Positions 13,001-26,390 of a stretch of 64,000 nucleotides of DNA are shown one piece after another. Position 1 is the first letter of the stretch. Each line of letters begins with the position of its first letter. A model generated the notes under the pieces. The model saw only the letters and a program-made list of their open reading frames with translations. It had not been told where the DNA came from and did no database searches. The stretch comes from Antedon mediterranea. Its lineage: Eukaryota > Animalia > Echinodermata. The stretch covers positions 5,890,001-5,954,000 of the forward strand of contig NC_092674.1 of NCBI RefSeq assembly GCF_964355755.1. The letters are read 5' to 3'. Made by a program: the position numbers and the translations under genes.

Positions 13001-16000
13001 AGTATACTGTAAAACATCGTTTCGAAAAAAAGCCCACCCAAGAGTGGTTTTTGGTATGTTGACAAAGGATTGATGGAAATTGGATGAAAAGAAAGTCAAA
13101 AGTTAAAAAGAACGAATAAAGATAAATTAAAGAATGCATTATTGCACCTTTATAGCGACCGGCACCAGGCCCTCAAGGTCATCCTCCGATTCATCAAATT
13201 TAGGCAACGCCGTTGATGATTCTCCATCTAGAAGAAAACAAAATGAGTAGAGATATTTATTGACTTCCATTGAACGTTATCATAAAATTATCTAGGTTTT
13301 TATCAATTAGCTAAAGATAGACAACTACTGTAACACATTTAATGTTAATGTTAATAATAATCAAATGTGATATGCTGATCGATATACCACACTAACTCAG
13401 GAATAAGCCCACCCTGGGCTATAACCCACAAAAATTGTCTTGGTAGACTCTACATTGCAACTGCTGAGGGTATGTAGAGAACCTAATCCAAATGAATATT
13501 TATCAATGATTTAAACTTACTTTCTATTTGTTCTTTCTTCCAGGCCGATTGTCTTCTTTCTACTCGTTCTTTCTCTGCTTTATCCAACTCTTTATCTTTG
13601 GTCCCCACAAGTTCTCCAAATCCGAGTATCTCTAGTCCTACAATTTAACACAATTTATAAATATAATAAATAATTCTGTTTAGATTATTAGGTTATATGC
13701 ATTATCATGCATATAACCTCTTGATTCTGTCAAAATCTTTATTTATTTATTCTTTCCTTAGCACTATTTTGTCCGTGAATTATCTTGATATCAGTTTCAT
13801 CTATCTAAGTCAATTTTTCAGAGTATATTCCTTATGGCCAGGAATCGATGTGGTTATATTTTCACGATGCGTAATCAAAAATTACGCGGTCTACGCGCGA
13901 TTTTACGAAATCACGTTTGTAATCATATCTTCACAAGCATGAATCACAATTAAACAAAATTTGGTACTCATAAATTTCAGGTCATATTTCATCATATGGC
14001 AATACAATTACGTGCGTAGCGCATATAACGCTTGCGTACGCGCGCTTAAAATGTTCAAAATTGTCAAAATTTATTTTCGATGAAATTAGAGTACGTTTCA
14101 GGCAATTTTAAGCGTTTAAAAAATTGCCATGAGTGCGCAGATTTTTGCACGCGCACTGCGCGTTATACGTTAATGCGCACTCTTTTTGTCCGATTTCGGT
14201 TGTACAACCTTTCTTTAATAATATCATCATATTTTATTCACTTTTCAACGCGTAATTGCCTTATACGAGCACGTCAAAAGTGACAGGCTACGCACGTGTA
14301 AGTTAACAAAATGGTGAAAATATGCTAAATTTTAAAATTAATATAGATCGTCAGAATGCTCGGGAACACATATTTTTTATTTAATTTTCTTGAAGTGTAT
14401 GTATCTTATGTATGATTTATTATTAAACTAAGGGAACAAAAGTTGATTAAGCCATAATTAATTGCATATTAAATTTAAAAAAAATCATTTCGAAAATCAA
14501 ACAAATTATGACATTTTCTTAGGCCAAAATAACAAACTTAACATTAACTTTCTTCCTTCAAAAGTTCATATATTAAAGTTAAAAGTATATAGTTTGACAG
14601 TGCATCATTTTTGTACATTTTTAGAGATGTCATCATAGTAAAAAATTATAATTCATTGCGGTATGTAATAATCTATCTGCACCAAAGTGGTTACTGCATA
14701 GTAAATACACGGAGGAATTTTTCTACAATTTTTAGTCAGTTGTGTATGGCTCGGTGGTGTGTGCTCGTGTCTATGGCACTCAAGGTACCGAGATCGAGTC
14801 TCACCTTGGGAAACGAAATAAATTTTTTTTTTTATTATCCGTATTGTTTGTTCAAATTTATTTCTTAGTGTATATATTATACACATGATTTATAATGAAA
14901 TCTAGATAAAAAATAACTTATGTCTTTATTATTATGTAACAGCAAATTTGGTTTATGACATTATACGCAGAGGGATCTTTGATCGGATTGTGATACCGGC
15001 TATTGTATTCGCGTTAGCAAGGTCCTATCATATATTATATATTATTTAAAGAATCTGAGAAAATCAATGAATCAAAATATCTTTTAAAAATAAATTATCT
15101 TTATTTTAATTATCAATGCATATAACCTATAATTCGTCATAGTGACGAATTAAATCTAGTTATTATTACTATTATAATTCTTGTTTAAAAATTATATTAC
15201 CTAATTGTATGACCCATTATACGACCCCGGGATAGGTGCATCATTTGTCCAATGTGCGTCATACCTTATGAATACCATGATGCACCCGTGCATCAAAAAT
15301 ATGACTTATTTTAGGTGACCATGACGCACTGCGACCATGTTGTTTATGATATGGTGGGTGGTAAAGTGACGGACATTGATACACCACCATTGTTCATTGA
15401 TGTGACTTACCATCTAAGTTTATTGACGCACCCCTGCTTCAATAATTATTTTTAATTGACTTACCTATGACGTAACTCTCCCGGGGGTTGTATAGTGGGT
15501 CATACAATTAACAAGTATAATAATATTTGAGTTAATACAGCATAATAATATTAAAATAGACCTTCAAAATAATCCATTTGTTCCGTGTCATCAAGCTCGT
15601 CTAATATTTCATCCCTTAGAGAGCAGTCTTGAATGGCTTCTGGTTTAATGTACGCCTGATACACCTGTCCAATACACCCCGAAAACACTGCCTGTCGTCG
15701 ATTGTCAATCTTGACGATGACATCACGCCAATTCTTCCCAAACGCAAGAGTAAGTTTTTTCTGTGTGTAGTACCATGAATGTGGCATCACATTGAGATGC
15801 AACTGCGAGAACATATCACAGAATTCCGCAGGGAATAAGTCTCTACGTGTGCTGGCCCATTGGCCGAATTTAATCAATGTTGGGCCTAGATTTTCAACGG
15901 CATAATATAATATTTTCAACCACAGCATCCATGTGTCATTAGAGAGGTAGGTCAAAGGGTAAACGCAGCATATCGGAGTAAAAATACAAATCAAATTCAG

Positions 16001-16342
16001 CAACCGGAAGAACAACTTTACATGGAATAAAATACTTCGGAAAAATCTTTCAATAATGTTTCTTTTTTGTTTTATATCTTCCTTCAATGGTGAAATTGCC
16101 TTTGCACATTCCACATGGTTCATAGGATGAATGCATTTCAGGATTGCACACGTTGAACCAAGAGTAAAACATTGTTTTAAAGTTATATACCTGGGACGTG
16201 GTTTTGGAACCAACAAACGAATACATCTTACTGCCGATTTCAAGTTTGTTAGATGGTGTTTATTTAATGTACGAATTACATTCTGCTGAAATTCAAACCG
16301 AATTGATGTTCGAATAAGTGTTCCATGAATAGTGCTAAGCAT
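10001..16342 (-). CDS. ADCK2: aarF domain-containing kinase 2; coding exons 15562-16342, 13521-13637, 13148-13227, 12748-12894, 12349-12477, 11940-12038, 11281-11529, 10545-10673, 10398-10451, 10001-10129
   Basis: GPTLIKFGQWASTRRDLFP (KxGQ), SGCIGQVY, VAIKVLHP, KWLSLPECVKEFEQLMKQQIDLRIEARNLERF, VFVDNFVHGDLHPGNILV, VKLESNFACIVLAIMVLEGLGRSLDPDLDILNAAKPYL; exon phases join consistently; 5' UTR intron acceptor at ~16378. Confidence 0.93.
13686..15163 (-). mobile_element. Helentron-type non-autonomous element (~1.5 kb) in the first coding intron of ADCK2
   Basis: One end has hairpin AGGTTATATGCAT-TATC-ATGCATATAACCT; the other has ATGCATATAACCT plus hairpin AATTCGTCATAGTGACGAATT and TCTAGTT terminus; CpG-rich interior with a tRNA-like segment ~14747-14805. 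Confidence 0.6.
15203..15509. mobile_element. MITE with ~29-bp TIRs
   Basis: AATTGTATGACCCATTATACGACCCCGGG ... CCGGGGGTTGTATAGTGGGTCATACAATT. Confidence 0.7.
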
Positions 16343-19300
16343 TTTATCATCTCTTCTTTTCACCTCATTGCCTAGACCTGGAAATTGATGGCAAATATAT
16401 GAATGATATGAAAAAAAAATAAATTAATATTTTTAATAATAAAAATGCAATACAAAAATTACAATTACAGTACACATGATTTGTTGATAGATAATAAATA
16501 ATAGTCTAGTTATTTATTATTGCAAAAGCTAGTATGATTAATTAAATAGTATTTCCTATTTTTTACAGAAGGGCTAGGCCAATATAGAGGGCGCAAGTCC
16601 AAACAGAACCGCAAGACTTCACACTCCGCTCGGTGCCCGAAGTTTACGTAAATCCGGTGTTGGATGTCTTTTTTGGGCCTAGCCTCGATTCTAATGATTA
16701 GTTCAAAATAACTAATCTTAGGGCAAGCCTAGGCCTACGACACTTAATTATTATTCCACTAGTGATTATGAAATTAAAAATCAAATGAAGATCCTGACAA
16801 TAGGCATAAATATCTTACCGTCTTTTTAATGATGGAAATAAAAAATTACCGTAAATAAGTTTTCTCCTTTTCCACAAATGTCGTATGATGCGCGAAAAGG
16901 GCAAAATACAAGTGTGATGCGTGACATGACACAGTACAACATTCATAAGTTTTAATAGATAATCGATACTGTATACTTCTGCTCATTCATTCCAAGCAAC
17001 TTGTTTTGTCATTGTTTACTACAGCATTCTGTCTAATTCAAACATTTGTTTCACAGTAGGAAGGTTTATGTTGTCAATTTATCAATGTACTACGTATATG
17101 TTATCTGGATCATACTATCGATAAGTAGCCTTAGACTTTGTTCAAACATGAACCCAAACATAAGGGAGATAAGACCACACGTAGGCATAATGAGACAAAA
17201 GATAAAAATTATCAATGTGTGACACAAACGGAAACTAGATTTTTTTTAATGTTTTTCAATAAATAAATACATCACTTTTTAAAATAAGTGTTGTGTGTTG
17301 ATTATGGGGGTACGGTAATATGTAATAACAAATGGAATTCCCTACTTAATTTAAGTTGTGATATATATCCATATTGATATATATTATTAATAAATGTTCC
17401 ATTTCGGACATTTGTAAACAGTTTTTTTTTATTGTCGCTCTATGGTTTCATGTTTATTTTTGATGCAACCAAAAGATAAAGAGCTACTTAACCGGTTTCA
17501 GTTTATGTTTAGTAGTGTGTCGACGACCAATATAACGTGACATACTTGGGAAAATCACTCACTCTTCCCTCGTAAATTAAAATTATGACAGAATTTTTCG
17601 GAGGTTGGTCGAAGGTCGCGGTGGCGACCGACCAAATACAGGCTTTGATTGATAAGGTAAGACAAATTAGATGAGGTAAAGGTGTTAGTATGGGGAAACC
17701 CCTTCCTCTTGTTGATCAATTACCGTGCACACTCTCAACCTTTCGGATCATCATCGCCCTCCTAAGTCAATCCTGTGGTTGTTGTTACTGATTTTGCATT
17801 GTTTCCAACACCTATATTGAAGTATAGCCTGTTTATACATATTAATGTTTTTGATATACCCTGTTATTATTATCTTTTTACCACTTTTTATCAGAGAATT
17901 TTGTTGGGTTGTTTTTGGTGTTGTTGTAGTGTTGGTCCTAATTTTTCTATGTAATTTTTACTGCTTTATTTTTCTACATGATATACTGTATATTCCAGCT
18001 TTCAAAACAACTGTTTCTAAATGGATGGGCGAAACTAAAAAAACGAGGCCTATGATTATGATGAGTATCACATAAATGTTGAATATTCACAGATACGCGA
18101 GGACGCTGAAAGTGCAGCAGGTAGATCATTTGAAATCTATGAGGCTAAATCGTATATAATACAGGTCGTCGCTGGACGTAACTATATCGTACAGGTACAG
18201 TAGTCGAGTCAAATATGGTAGAAATTTACTTCACCTCCCTCAGTATCCAATCAACCTATTCCATTGCCTTTTCTGATTTTATTGTATCTGTATGTTGTGC
18301 GGGTATACTAATCTTCGCCCGGTAGGACCCAGTATCGGCTTCTGGTAGGGTTTATGATATAAAATGATTTCAAGTACATTTTATTAACATACTTTAGTAG
18401 TAAATATATTTTTCCTTCTCAGATAAAATAATTATTGTTAAACTTTTCATTCGCGTCAACAAAACTTATCACAGAGGGCGGTATTTTTTCAATAAACACG
18501 TCAGTATTTGACAGTTTTTTACATTAAAAATTTATAAAACGTACAATTAAATGTCACAATAAGATTAAATAAAACATTTTAGCATGTAATTTACTAGGCG
18601 ATACCGGGCCTTACCAAATATACTTTTCGGAGCCGCATCCAAACCAGAATCAACTTATTTCCAAAAAAGATAGGATATAACATAATTCATAACAACAATT
18701 TATTTTATTTTTTTGCAGGTTGATACTGGTTCGTGTTATGTTCATTTACGTGTATACTGTGACCTCAAAGGAGAAGTAAAGTTCACTTCTTTCCTGGAGA
18801 ATAAATCTGAATCGGACCAAATAAAACCATTTTAATTAATGATTTTAATATATTTGTATACAGGTTACAGTACAGTGTTTCTAATAAGAACAATTATTTT
18901 CATTACCGGAATATAGCGCCAGCATAATTTCAATGTTTTCGATCAGTATCCAATTATGATAGATTCAATGAATACATAATTCCTATAAATAAATATTTTC
19001 AATCTAGCTTTGACTCTGAGAATCTTGTTTGAAATATTGAAAATTTATAAATAAAAAGATCCAATCTATGTATAATAGCATATAGACTTGCTCCAAGTCT
19101 GTATTTATTGTCTTTTTTATGTCATTCCACACGTCGTCGTTTTGATTTTTGTCTGACTCAAGTAATATACGTATGAAACGCCATATGTGCAAAAATATTT
19201 ATATTTTTACTAATATTAAGACAAAACTCCGTCTGGAGCCCAGACTAAATAGCATAGTACATGACCCATTATGAATTAGAAATAAATACACAGTGGTGAA

Positions 19301-19375
19301 ACTAAAGTTATGACACGGTCGGCGCTTCATATGGAGGTACCTGGATGGTCGATCAGCTGACAAACAACATGACAA

Positions 19376-19385
19376 GTCACATGAG
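19376..19385. promoter_or_regulatory. CLEAR/M-box-like E-box GTCACATGAG upstream of the GH27 gene
   Basis: One core mismatch to GTCACGTGAC; candidate non-coding exon donor GTGAGT at ~19450; acceptor TTTAG at 19861-19865. Confidence 0.35.
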
Positions 19386-19866
19386 TAAACCAAACAAACC
19401 GCGAATTCAATCGAAGAGAAGGTATATTCAGTAAAACTATTAGTAATTAGTGAGTATTTATGGTTGTTATAATAAATTGTTGTAGTTTGTAATTATATTT
19501 ATGATTTATTGATCGTCGTTAGATAACTACCGGCTAGATAGGCCGACTATACCACCGGCATTCATTCAATAAATATAGAGTAGGCCTATCTTATACTAGA
19601 TAGGGTAGCACATACATACACTAGGCCTATAATAGGGGTTTAATAGTAGATAGAGGTTCACAGTCTACCACTCAGCTACCGTCCCTACCATGCTACCATA
19701 GTACTAGCTAGTTCCGATGTCCATGCGGCATCTGCAGTTAGTGCAGTCCTATCCCTCTTGGACTAGACAAAGTATGACAATTATAACTACACTTATTTCA
19801 GTAATTGCAAACATTTTTAAGATAAATACTGTATACAAATATTGTTTTATTGGATTCTACTTTAGA

Positions 19867-22800
19867 ATGGTTAAAATGCTTCAGTGCCTTGTGGTGTTAG
19901 TTTCTTTGGTTGTTAGTGTTCATGGTCTGGACAATGGTCTTGCACTTACGCCACCTATGGGTTGGATGTCATGGGAACGATTCAGATGTAATATTGACTG
20001 CAAAAACCAACCAAATGACTGCATAGGGTAAGAGCAACCAATCTTTCCAAACGGAACTTTCTATCTCTGCTTACTTCCTCCTCTCCAGTCATGCAACTAT
20101 GCTGCCCACTCTCTAATATCTCATGATCTCTTCCCATCTGTAGTTATCCCATCTGCAGCCTATCTCCATCTTCATATCTCCTCTGAAGCCCCTCCCCGCA
20201 TTTGCAAACTCCTCCCTAAATCTGCATCCCCCTCTCCACATCTGCAGCCCCACTCTCCACGTCTGCAGCCCCACTCGTCACATCTGCAGCCCTTCCCCTT
20301 ATCTGTAGCTACCCTACCATCCGCATCCCCACTCCATACTGTATCTCCTCTACAGCTCCTCTCCACATCTGCAGCCCCTCTTCACATCTGCAGCCCCTTC
20401 CCCTATCTGCAGTCACCCTCCTATCTGCATCCCCTCTCCACCTTCAAATTTTCATTGCCTCCTCTCTTAATATATGCAGCCCCTCTTCCCCACACTGTCC
20501 AATAACATTTACTACTTTGTTAATTCAGTGAGAAGCTATTTATGGATATGGCTGATAGAATGGTTGAAGATGGCTTTAAAGATGCTGGCTACGAGTATGT
20601 TAACATTGACGACTGTTGGGCTTCAAAAGAACGGGATAGTGCTGGAAAGTTACAAGCAGATCCTGACCGCTTTCCGTCAGGAATCAAGAAGCTAGCAGAC
20701 TATGTAAGCAAGCAAGAGTATTATAATTTAAACATATAATTAATATATTTGCAATAAGTTCACATTTTATCAATTTAGTTAAATTTTATTATTGCCAAAC
20801 GTACGCCTCTAATTTAAAGTCCAATTTGTTCACCCTTTTAAGTGTGTGCAGAGCATACAAAATAATAATAGTTTGGTTTATGGCCACTGTAAAATGTTAA
20901 ACATGTATTGTCCCCCAAACACATGAAAAATGAAGATTAATTTAATCAGACTTTGAGTAGGTTATTTTGTAGTTTCAATAAATGTTATCACTTCTATAGA
21001 AAAAAAAATGAAAAAAAAAAATGTTTTCACCTATAAAATGACAAAATAAATGGTTAGATTCAATCAAATACCCATTTGACTATTTTTGCTATTACGGTAT
21101 TTGAATAAATTTGGATCCAATTTTCAGTCAAAGTGGACATCAAAATGGCATATTCAACCAAAACATTTTTAGAATTATTTTTTCAGGGGGACAATACATC
21201 TTTAAGATATAACAATGAAAGACAATATATCAATTGTTTTCTAACTATACTGTTCACTTTCAACTACAATTACTATTATTCTGCTTCGCTTATACAGACA
21301 AAACTATTTATAATAACAGTACTATATTGTTGTCAAAATTAATCTACCATGAAACTGAAAATGTCACAAAAATATTGATTAATCATGATAGATTAACAGT
21401 ATATGTAAAACAAAAAACAGATTGGCCACAGCTGTATAGGAATAACCTGGATGTTAAAAAAAATCCATTTTCTATTCAATTTGAATAAAAACACATCAGG
21501 GCTGTTTGCTCAGTACCATGATTTTCATCATGGCAAAATATGATTACATTTTTTTATGAAAAGATATATTGTCCTCCTGAAAAATAGTTTGTTGTTGTTG
21601 AATATGCCATTTTAATGTCATATAATAGTTATTATTCACTTTGACCAAAAATGTGATCCAAAAAAACAATTATTTACCTGAAAAAACTGTAATTTTACGG
21701 CCAAAAAAAAAACCAGTCAGATTGACTGATTGATTAAAAGTATAATTTTATAAAAATCTTTATTTTTCAGGATTTTGGGGGACAAATACATCTTTAAATG
21801 ATTACATTACATACTTTACTTTTATTCGTTTTTTCATTTTTCAAATTTGTTTATATGTTCAAGGTACATTCAAGAGGGCTTAAACTTGGTATTTACAATG
21901 ATTTTGGCACCAAAACATGTGGTGGCTACCCTGGTAGCCTAGGCCATCTTGAAGTCGATGCTAAAACATTTGCTGAATGGGGTGTGGACATGCTTAAGAT
22001 GGATGGATGCTATGCTGATGTTAAGACAATGCCACAAGGTAATTTATGATGCATTCATATAATACTGTCATGTTTAAGTCCACACCCATAGCCTACTATT
22101 AAGGCCACACCTATAGCCTACTATTACCGATGCTGTGTAATACAATTGTTTTTTTCCCATAGGCTACCCTAACATGACCAAGGCTTTGAATGCTACAGGC
22201 AGACCAATCCTATTCTCATGCAGTTGGCCTGACTATGAACGAGCCAGTAAAATACAGGTAGTTAAATTAGGTTAAATTACAGTAATACATGTTAAAATTT
22301 GAAGTTTTTTATATTTTTAAAAATGATTCTATATTTCTATAACATATATTCTTTAACAATGACATGATGAGAAATAAAAAAATACTTTTGTGATACTTTG
22401 TTTTCGGTGATAAAGATTGAACCAGAATTTGAACCCAGGATCGAAATTGATAGGCAAACATGTTAACCACCACGCTACTGTCACTACATATAATTTAAGT
22501 GTATATAAATTTGATTTTATTCGCAGCCTGATTACAAACTAATTGCAAAGAACTGCAATATCTGGAGGAACTACATTGACATCCAGGATTCATGGGATAG
22601 CGTTCTGAAAATAATAGATTACTACGCACAGGAACAAGACACCCTAGCTGCTGTGTCAGCACCTGGAAGTTTTAATGACCCTGATATGGTATGTTCAAAC
22701 GCTCTTAAGCTCTGTCTACACTATCAAACTTTATGTGACAACAAAATGTGATGTGCCCATATATGGACATGATGATAATGTCATATCACTACCATATTTG

Positions 22801-25800
22801 AGAATAGCACTACAATGTTTGGGCACATTACACTTTTTTTGTCAAACTAGTTTGATGGTGTTACTGTAGACAGCTTTAAAAATGGGGGATTATCATACCT
22901 GTTATTAAGAACATCTTTATAATTAATTAATACAAAATGATCTATTCAACCTATGATGTTAAAAAAACTTGAAGTTGCAGGGACATTCTTTATAATGTTT
23001 TAATGTCTGTTCGCCTGGATTTAGCCAGAGTTTGGGGTATACACTGGTCATTTTTGGAACGGAACTGCTTAGTAGAAAAGTTCTCTGGTACCAGCAGCAT
23101 ATTCCAGGTGCTTGAAAATGTCATAAACATCAATTAAAATGACATAATTCTTGCCTTTTAGTTGATAATTGGAGATTTTTCATTAAGTGTGGAACAAGCG
23201 AAAGCCCAGATGGCAATGTGGTCTATATTGGCTGCCCCAATGCTCATGTCAAACGACCTTCGAACTATCTCTCCTGAATTCCGAGAGATTCTTCTGAATA
23301 AGGAAGTGATTCAAATCAATCAAGATCCCTCTGGAAAAATGGGAAAGCGAGTTATGCAGGTAACATACTTATTTTGTTATTGTTTCTGTACAGTAACTAG
23401 TTTGCATATATTTAAAACATTGGATTCAGCATTCAAATTTTTGCTGCGATAGAAGAGTAATAAAGCGCACTCTACAAGCTAGTTTCGCTTCGCGCAATAT
23501 TCAGGTCTACCGTGTTGCAAAAAGCTGGCTGTGAAATAGTACATGTAATCATTAGAAAATAATGCATGGCACTTGATATGAAGATTTCGATCCAAGTCGG
23601 CCCTAAACCGTCTTGGCCAAAGTCAAGTCGGCCCCAAGTCAACTCGGCCTCAAGTCAACTCGGCCTCACGTCAACTCGGCCAAAAAATAATCGATCAACT
23701 CGGCCCGGTTAAAGTATGGAACGCAAAAAGTGCAAATGAAGGGAATTGATAAAATAATATTTCTTCACAATTTTTTAACTATGAATAATTCTGACTTTTA
23801 ATGAATATTAATATTTAGACAATAATATATTTAGCAAAAAAAATAGGAATAATTTCACCAACTTTTATTTATTTTAATAAAATTTCAAATTGCACAATTG
23901 AAAACAATTCGTAGCTGCGCCTCCCTGCGCCTTTGGCAGCTTTTTCGATATCTACAACTGCTACGTGTTTTCGCTGACCGGGGGATTCCCCTTTTTTTGA
24001 TTTACTAAAATGCGGTACCTGCACGTGTTTTTGTAACACGCGGGTACTTCTATTCATATCGGCAATGAGTTCATTTTTTTATATGATATTATTTAATTAT
24101 ATTATATTTTTTATTTCTTCATTTTTTTTAAAGCGTGGATAGTAAGAATCATAATAATATTAAGCACTTTTTGCGTTCCATACTTTATTGTGGCCGAGTT
24201 GACCGATTAGTTTTTGGCCGAGTTGACGTGAGGCCGAGTTGACTTGAGGACGAGTTGACTTGGGGCCGACTTGACGTGGGGCCGACTTGACTTTGGCCGA
24301 GACGGTTTGGGGCCGACTTGACCTGCACCCGATATGAAATCAATCAATCGTATGATAGATTTAGGTGTGTTACAGTTATCATCTGATGAAAGTACGAAAG
24401 TACTTGAGGTTGTGAGCAAATAATAAAAAAAGTTTTATAAAAAATGTCATGTGTTTAATATGAAGCATGTGCATGTTGAAAGAACAATAATTTCTGCCAA
24501 TAATATTATATCGTCTCTGCCAGTCTGCCAAATTTATCATGAAACAGACCCCACTGAAGTGAAGTCTACTATACTTTTGTGGACTACACTTTGTGATCCA
24601 TTGAGACTATTCCACTGACGACGGCACTCTGCAAATGTTTGCAAATTTGAAATAGTTATCCAGTGCTGTGAGCTTTCATTGCTTCTCAGGATGAAGTATT
24701 TTTTAATATAGCATCCTTCCATTTTATAAATTTCTGATGCGTATGACATTATTTAAAAAGCTGGAATTCACCACTGTTGTATTTTTATTGTGGAGCAGAT
24801 ATTATTATTATTCTTTATTGACAACTGATAACACTAACAGTGTCCAACATATACATAGACTACATGCATGCTTACTGTGGGATATCTGCATTTCTTTACA
24901 ATTTAATCACTAACAGTTATTTTTCTGTTGTATTATATTACTCACTCATAAACATTTAACTTATTACCATAATTCACTATTGACTGGTGTTGGATTTTTT
25001 GACTATTTTTGTGGTTTTGTTATTTTCTAGTTTATTTTCAACATTTCTTGCCTTAGTTCCTGCTCCATTGATTTCTTATTTAAGTAAACACTATAGAGTA
25101 ATCTATTATTGCGGCTTTTGCCTATTGTCTATTAGCATAAAACTGTTCCAATGTAAATAGATATTCCTAACATAAACATCACTTTATTTTCTTTTTATTA
25201 TAACACAGATTGTATCAGACATTATTTCCTTGTGTTGTTAAAGTTATGATTTAAGCTCTGACTACACTATCAAAAAAGTGTGATGTGGCCAAATATGGTA
25301 GTGATATGACATCATCGTGTCCATATATGGGCACATCAGATTCACATGAAGTTTGATAATGTAGACCATAGAGATCTCTATGTGTAGACAGAGCTTAATG
25401 GAAGTTTGATCACAGATTATGATTTAGATTTTTAAACTAACGCAATCATGCGCACTGTGATCGTAGCCTTTATTTATTGTGTGAAAAGAAGACCTTACTC
25501 ACCACCTTTAATAACGCTATATAATAAGACAACATTTTTAGGAACCATTTTGGTATTTGCCATAGTCCTCTATTGTCTGTAAATAAAGCAAAACAGATAT
25601 ATGCTTTATATATATATATATATCAATCATTATTAATTACATACAGTAAATGATTTCTGCAAACAGTTAATATACAGTACCAAACAAAATGTCCCCCTTA
25701 ATAGAGGTCTCACCTGAAAAAGAGTGATATAAAATAAAATGATATTTCCTCTCCCAGGAAAATGTTCCCTTGACATGTGTGTCCTCAGGATAGGGATGTC

Positions 25801-26390
25801 CCAGAGGAGGAAGAGTCTACTGTGATTTGAAATCTGTTTAGTACAACGTTTGTGGAAGTTTTATTTAGTTGAAAATAGCTGCGTTTAAACAGGACATTTT
25901 AAGAAATTTAAGAAATTTATTGTTATTTTAACCCTGACTTTAATCCTAAATCCAATCAACAATTTTAAAATTTGCAATTTTTAACTTATTCAATACTTGG
26001 TGTTGGGCTTCACTATTTTATATCATTTATTTATTCAATCAAAGAAAATAATTTTGTTATTTTTTCCTATATATCCAATGTGATATTGTTATCATTTATT
26101 TAAAAACTTCATTTCGCCTCACTCCACAGACCCAATCACACATGGAGGTTTGGACTCGGGAACTATCATCAAACGCTTTGGCCGCTGTGATATTTAGCCG
26201 CAGCCAGAGCGCTCCGGCCATTTTTGAAACGACCTTAGAGAATCTGAAGTTTCCGACGACATCAAAGGGTTATAGTGTATTTGATGTTACTGATAATAAA
26301 CCTTTGGGGAATTACGCTTTAAATGAAACATTGTCTTTTATAGTCAACCCTAGTGGTGCTGTTATGTTTAAGGCCACGCCCATAGCCTAG
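19867..26390 (+). CDS. NAGA: Glycoside hydrolase family 27 alpha-N-acetylgalactosaminidase / alpha-galactosidase; shared exons 19867-20027, 20529-20703, 21864-22038, 22163-22257, 22527-22688, 23162-23359, here joined to terminal exon A 26130-26390
   Basis: Signal peptide, [56 protein letters not shown] (nucleophile), [20 protein letters not shown] (acid/base), [31 protein letters not shown]. Ser in CSWP is NAGA-like (GLA has CEWP). Confidence 0.9.
20135..20490. repeat. C-rich degenerate minisatellite (CATCTGCAGCCCC core) in GH27 intron 1
   Basis: Many imperfect ATCTGCAGCCCC/ATCTGCATCCCC units with strong C skew. Confidence 0.75.
23583..24330. mobile_element. Foldback-type DNA transposon with long inverted arms built of ~16-bp subrepeats; 8-bp TSD GATATGAA
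   Basis: (CAAGTCAACTCGGCCT)n at left, (GGCCGAGTTGACTTG)n at right; GATATGAA at 23575-23582 and 24331-24338. Confidence 0.75.
26130..26390 (+). CDS. GH27 terminal exon A (C-terminal beta-sandwich domain)
   Basis: Acceptor CTCCACAG|, phase 0: [25 protein letters not shown]...[19 protein letters not shown]. Confidence 0.9.
   Translation, partial: TQSHMEVWTRELSSNALAAVIFSRSQSAPAIFETTLENLKFPTTSKGYSVFDVTDNKPLGNYALNETLSFIVNPSGAVMFKATPIA

Noticed and set aside
20172-20366. Gly/Cys/Arg-rich 64-aa ORF
   Set aside because: Antisense translation of a C-rich intronic minisatellite.
23869-24749. Short minus-strand ORFs in GH27 intron 6
   Set aside because: They lie in or beside a foldback element with no recognisable protein motifs; no sixth terminal exon (EVW motif with phase-0 acceptor) was found here.
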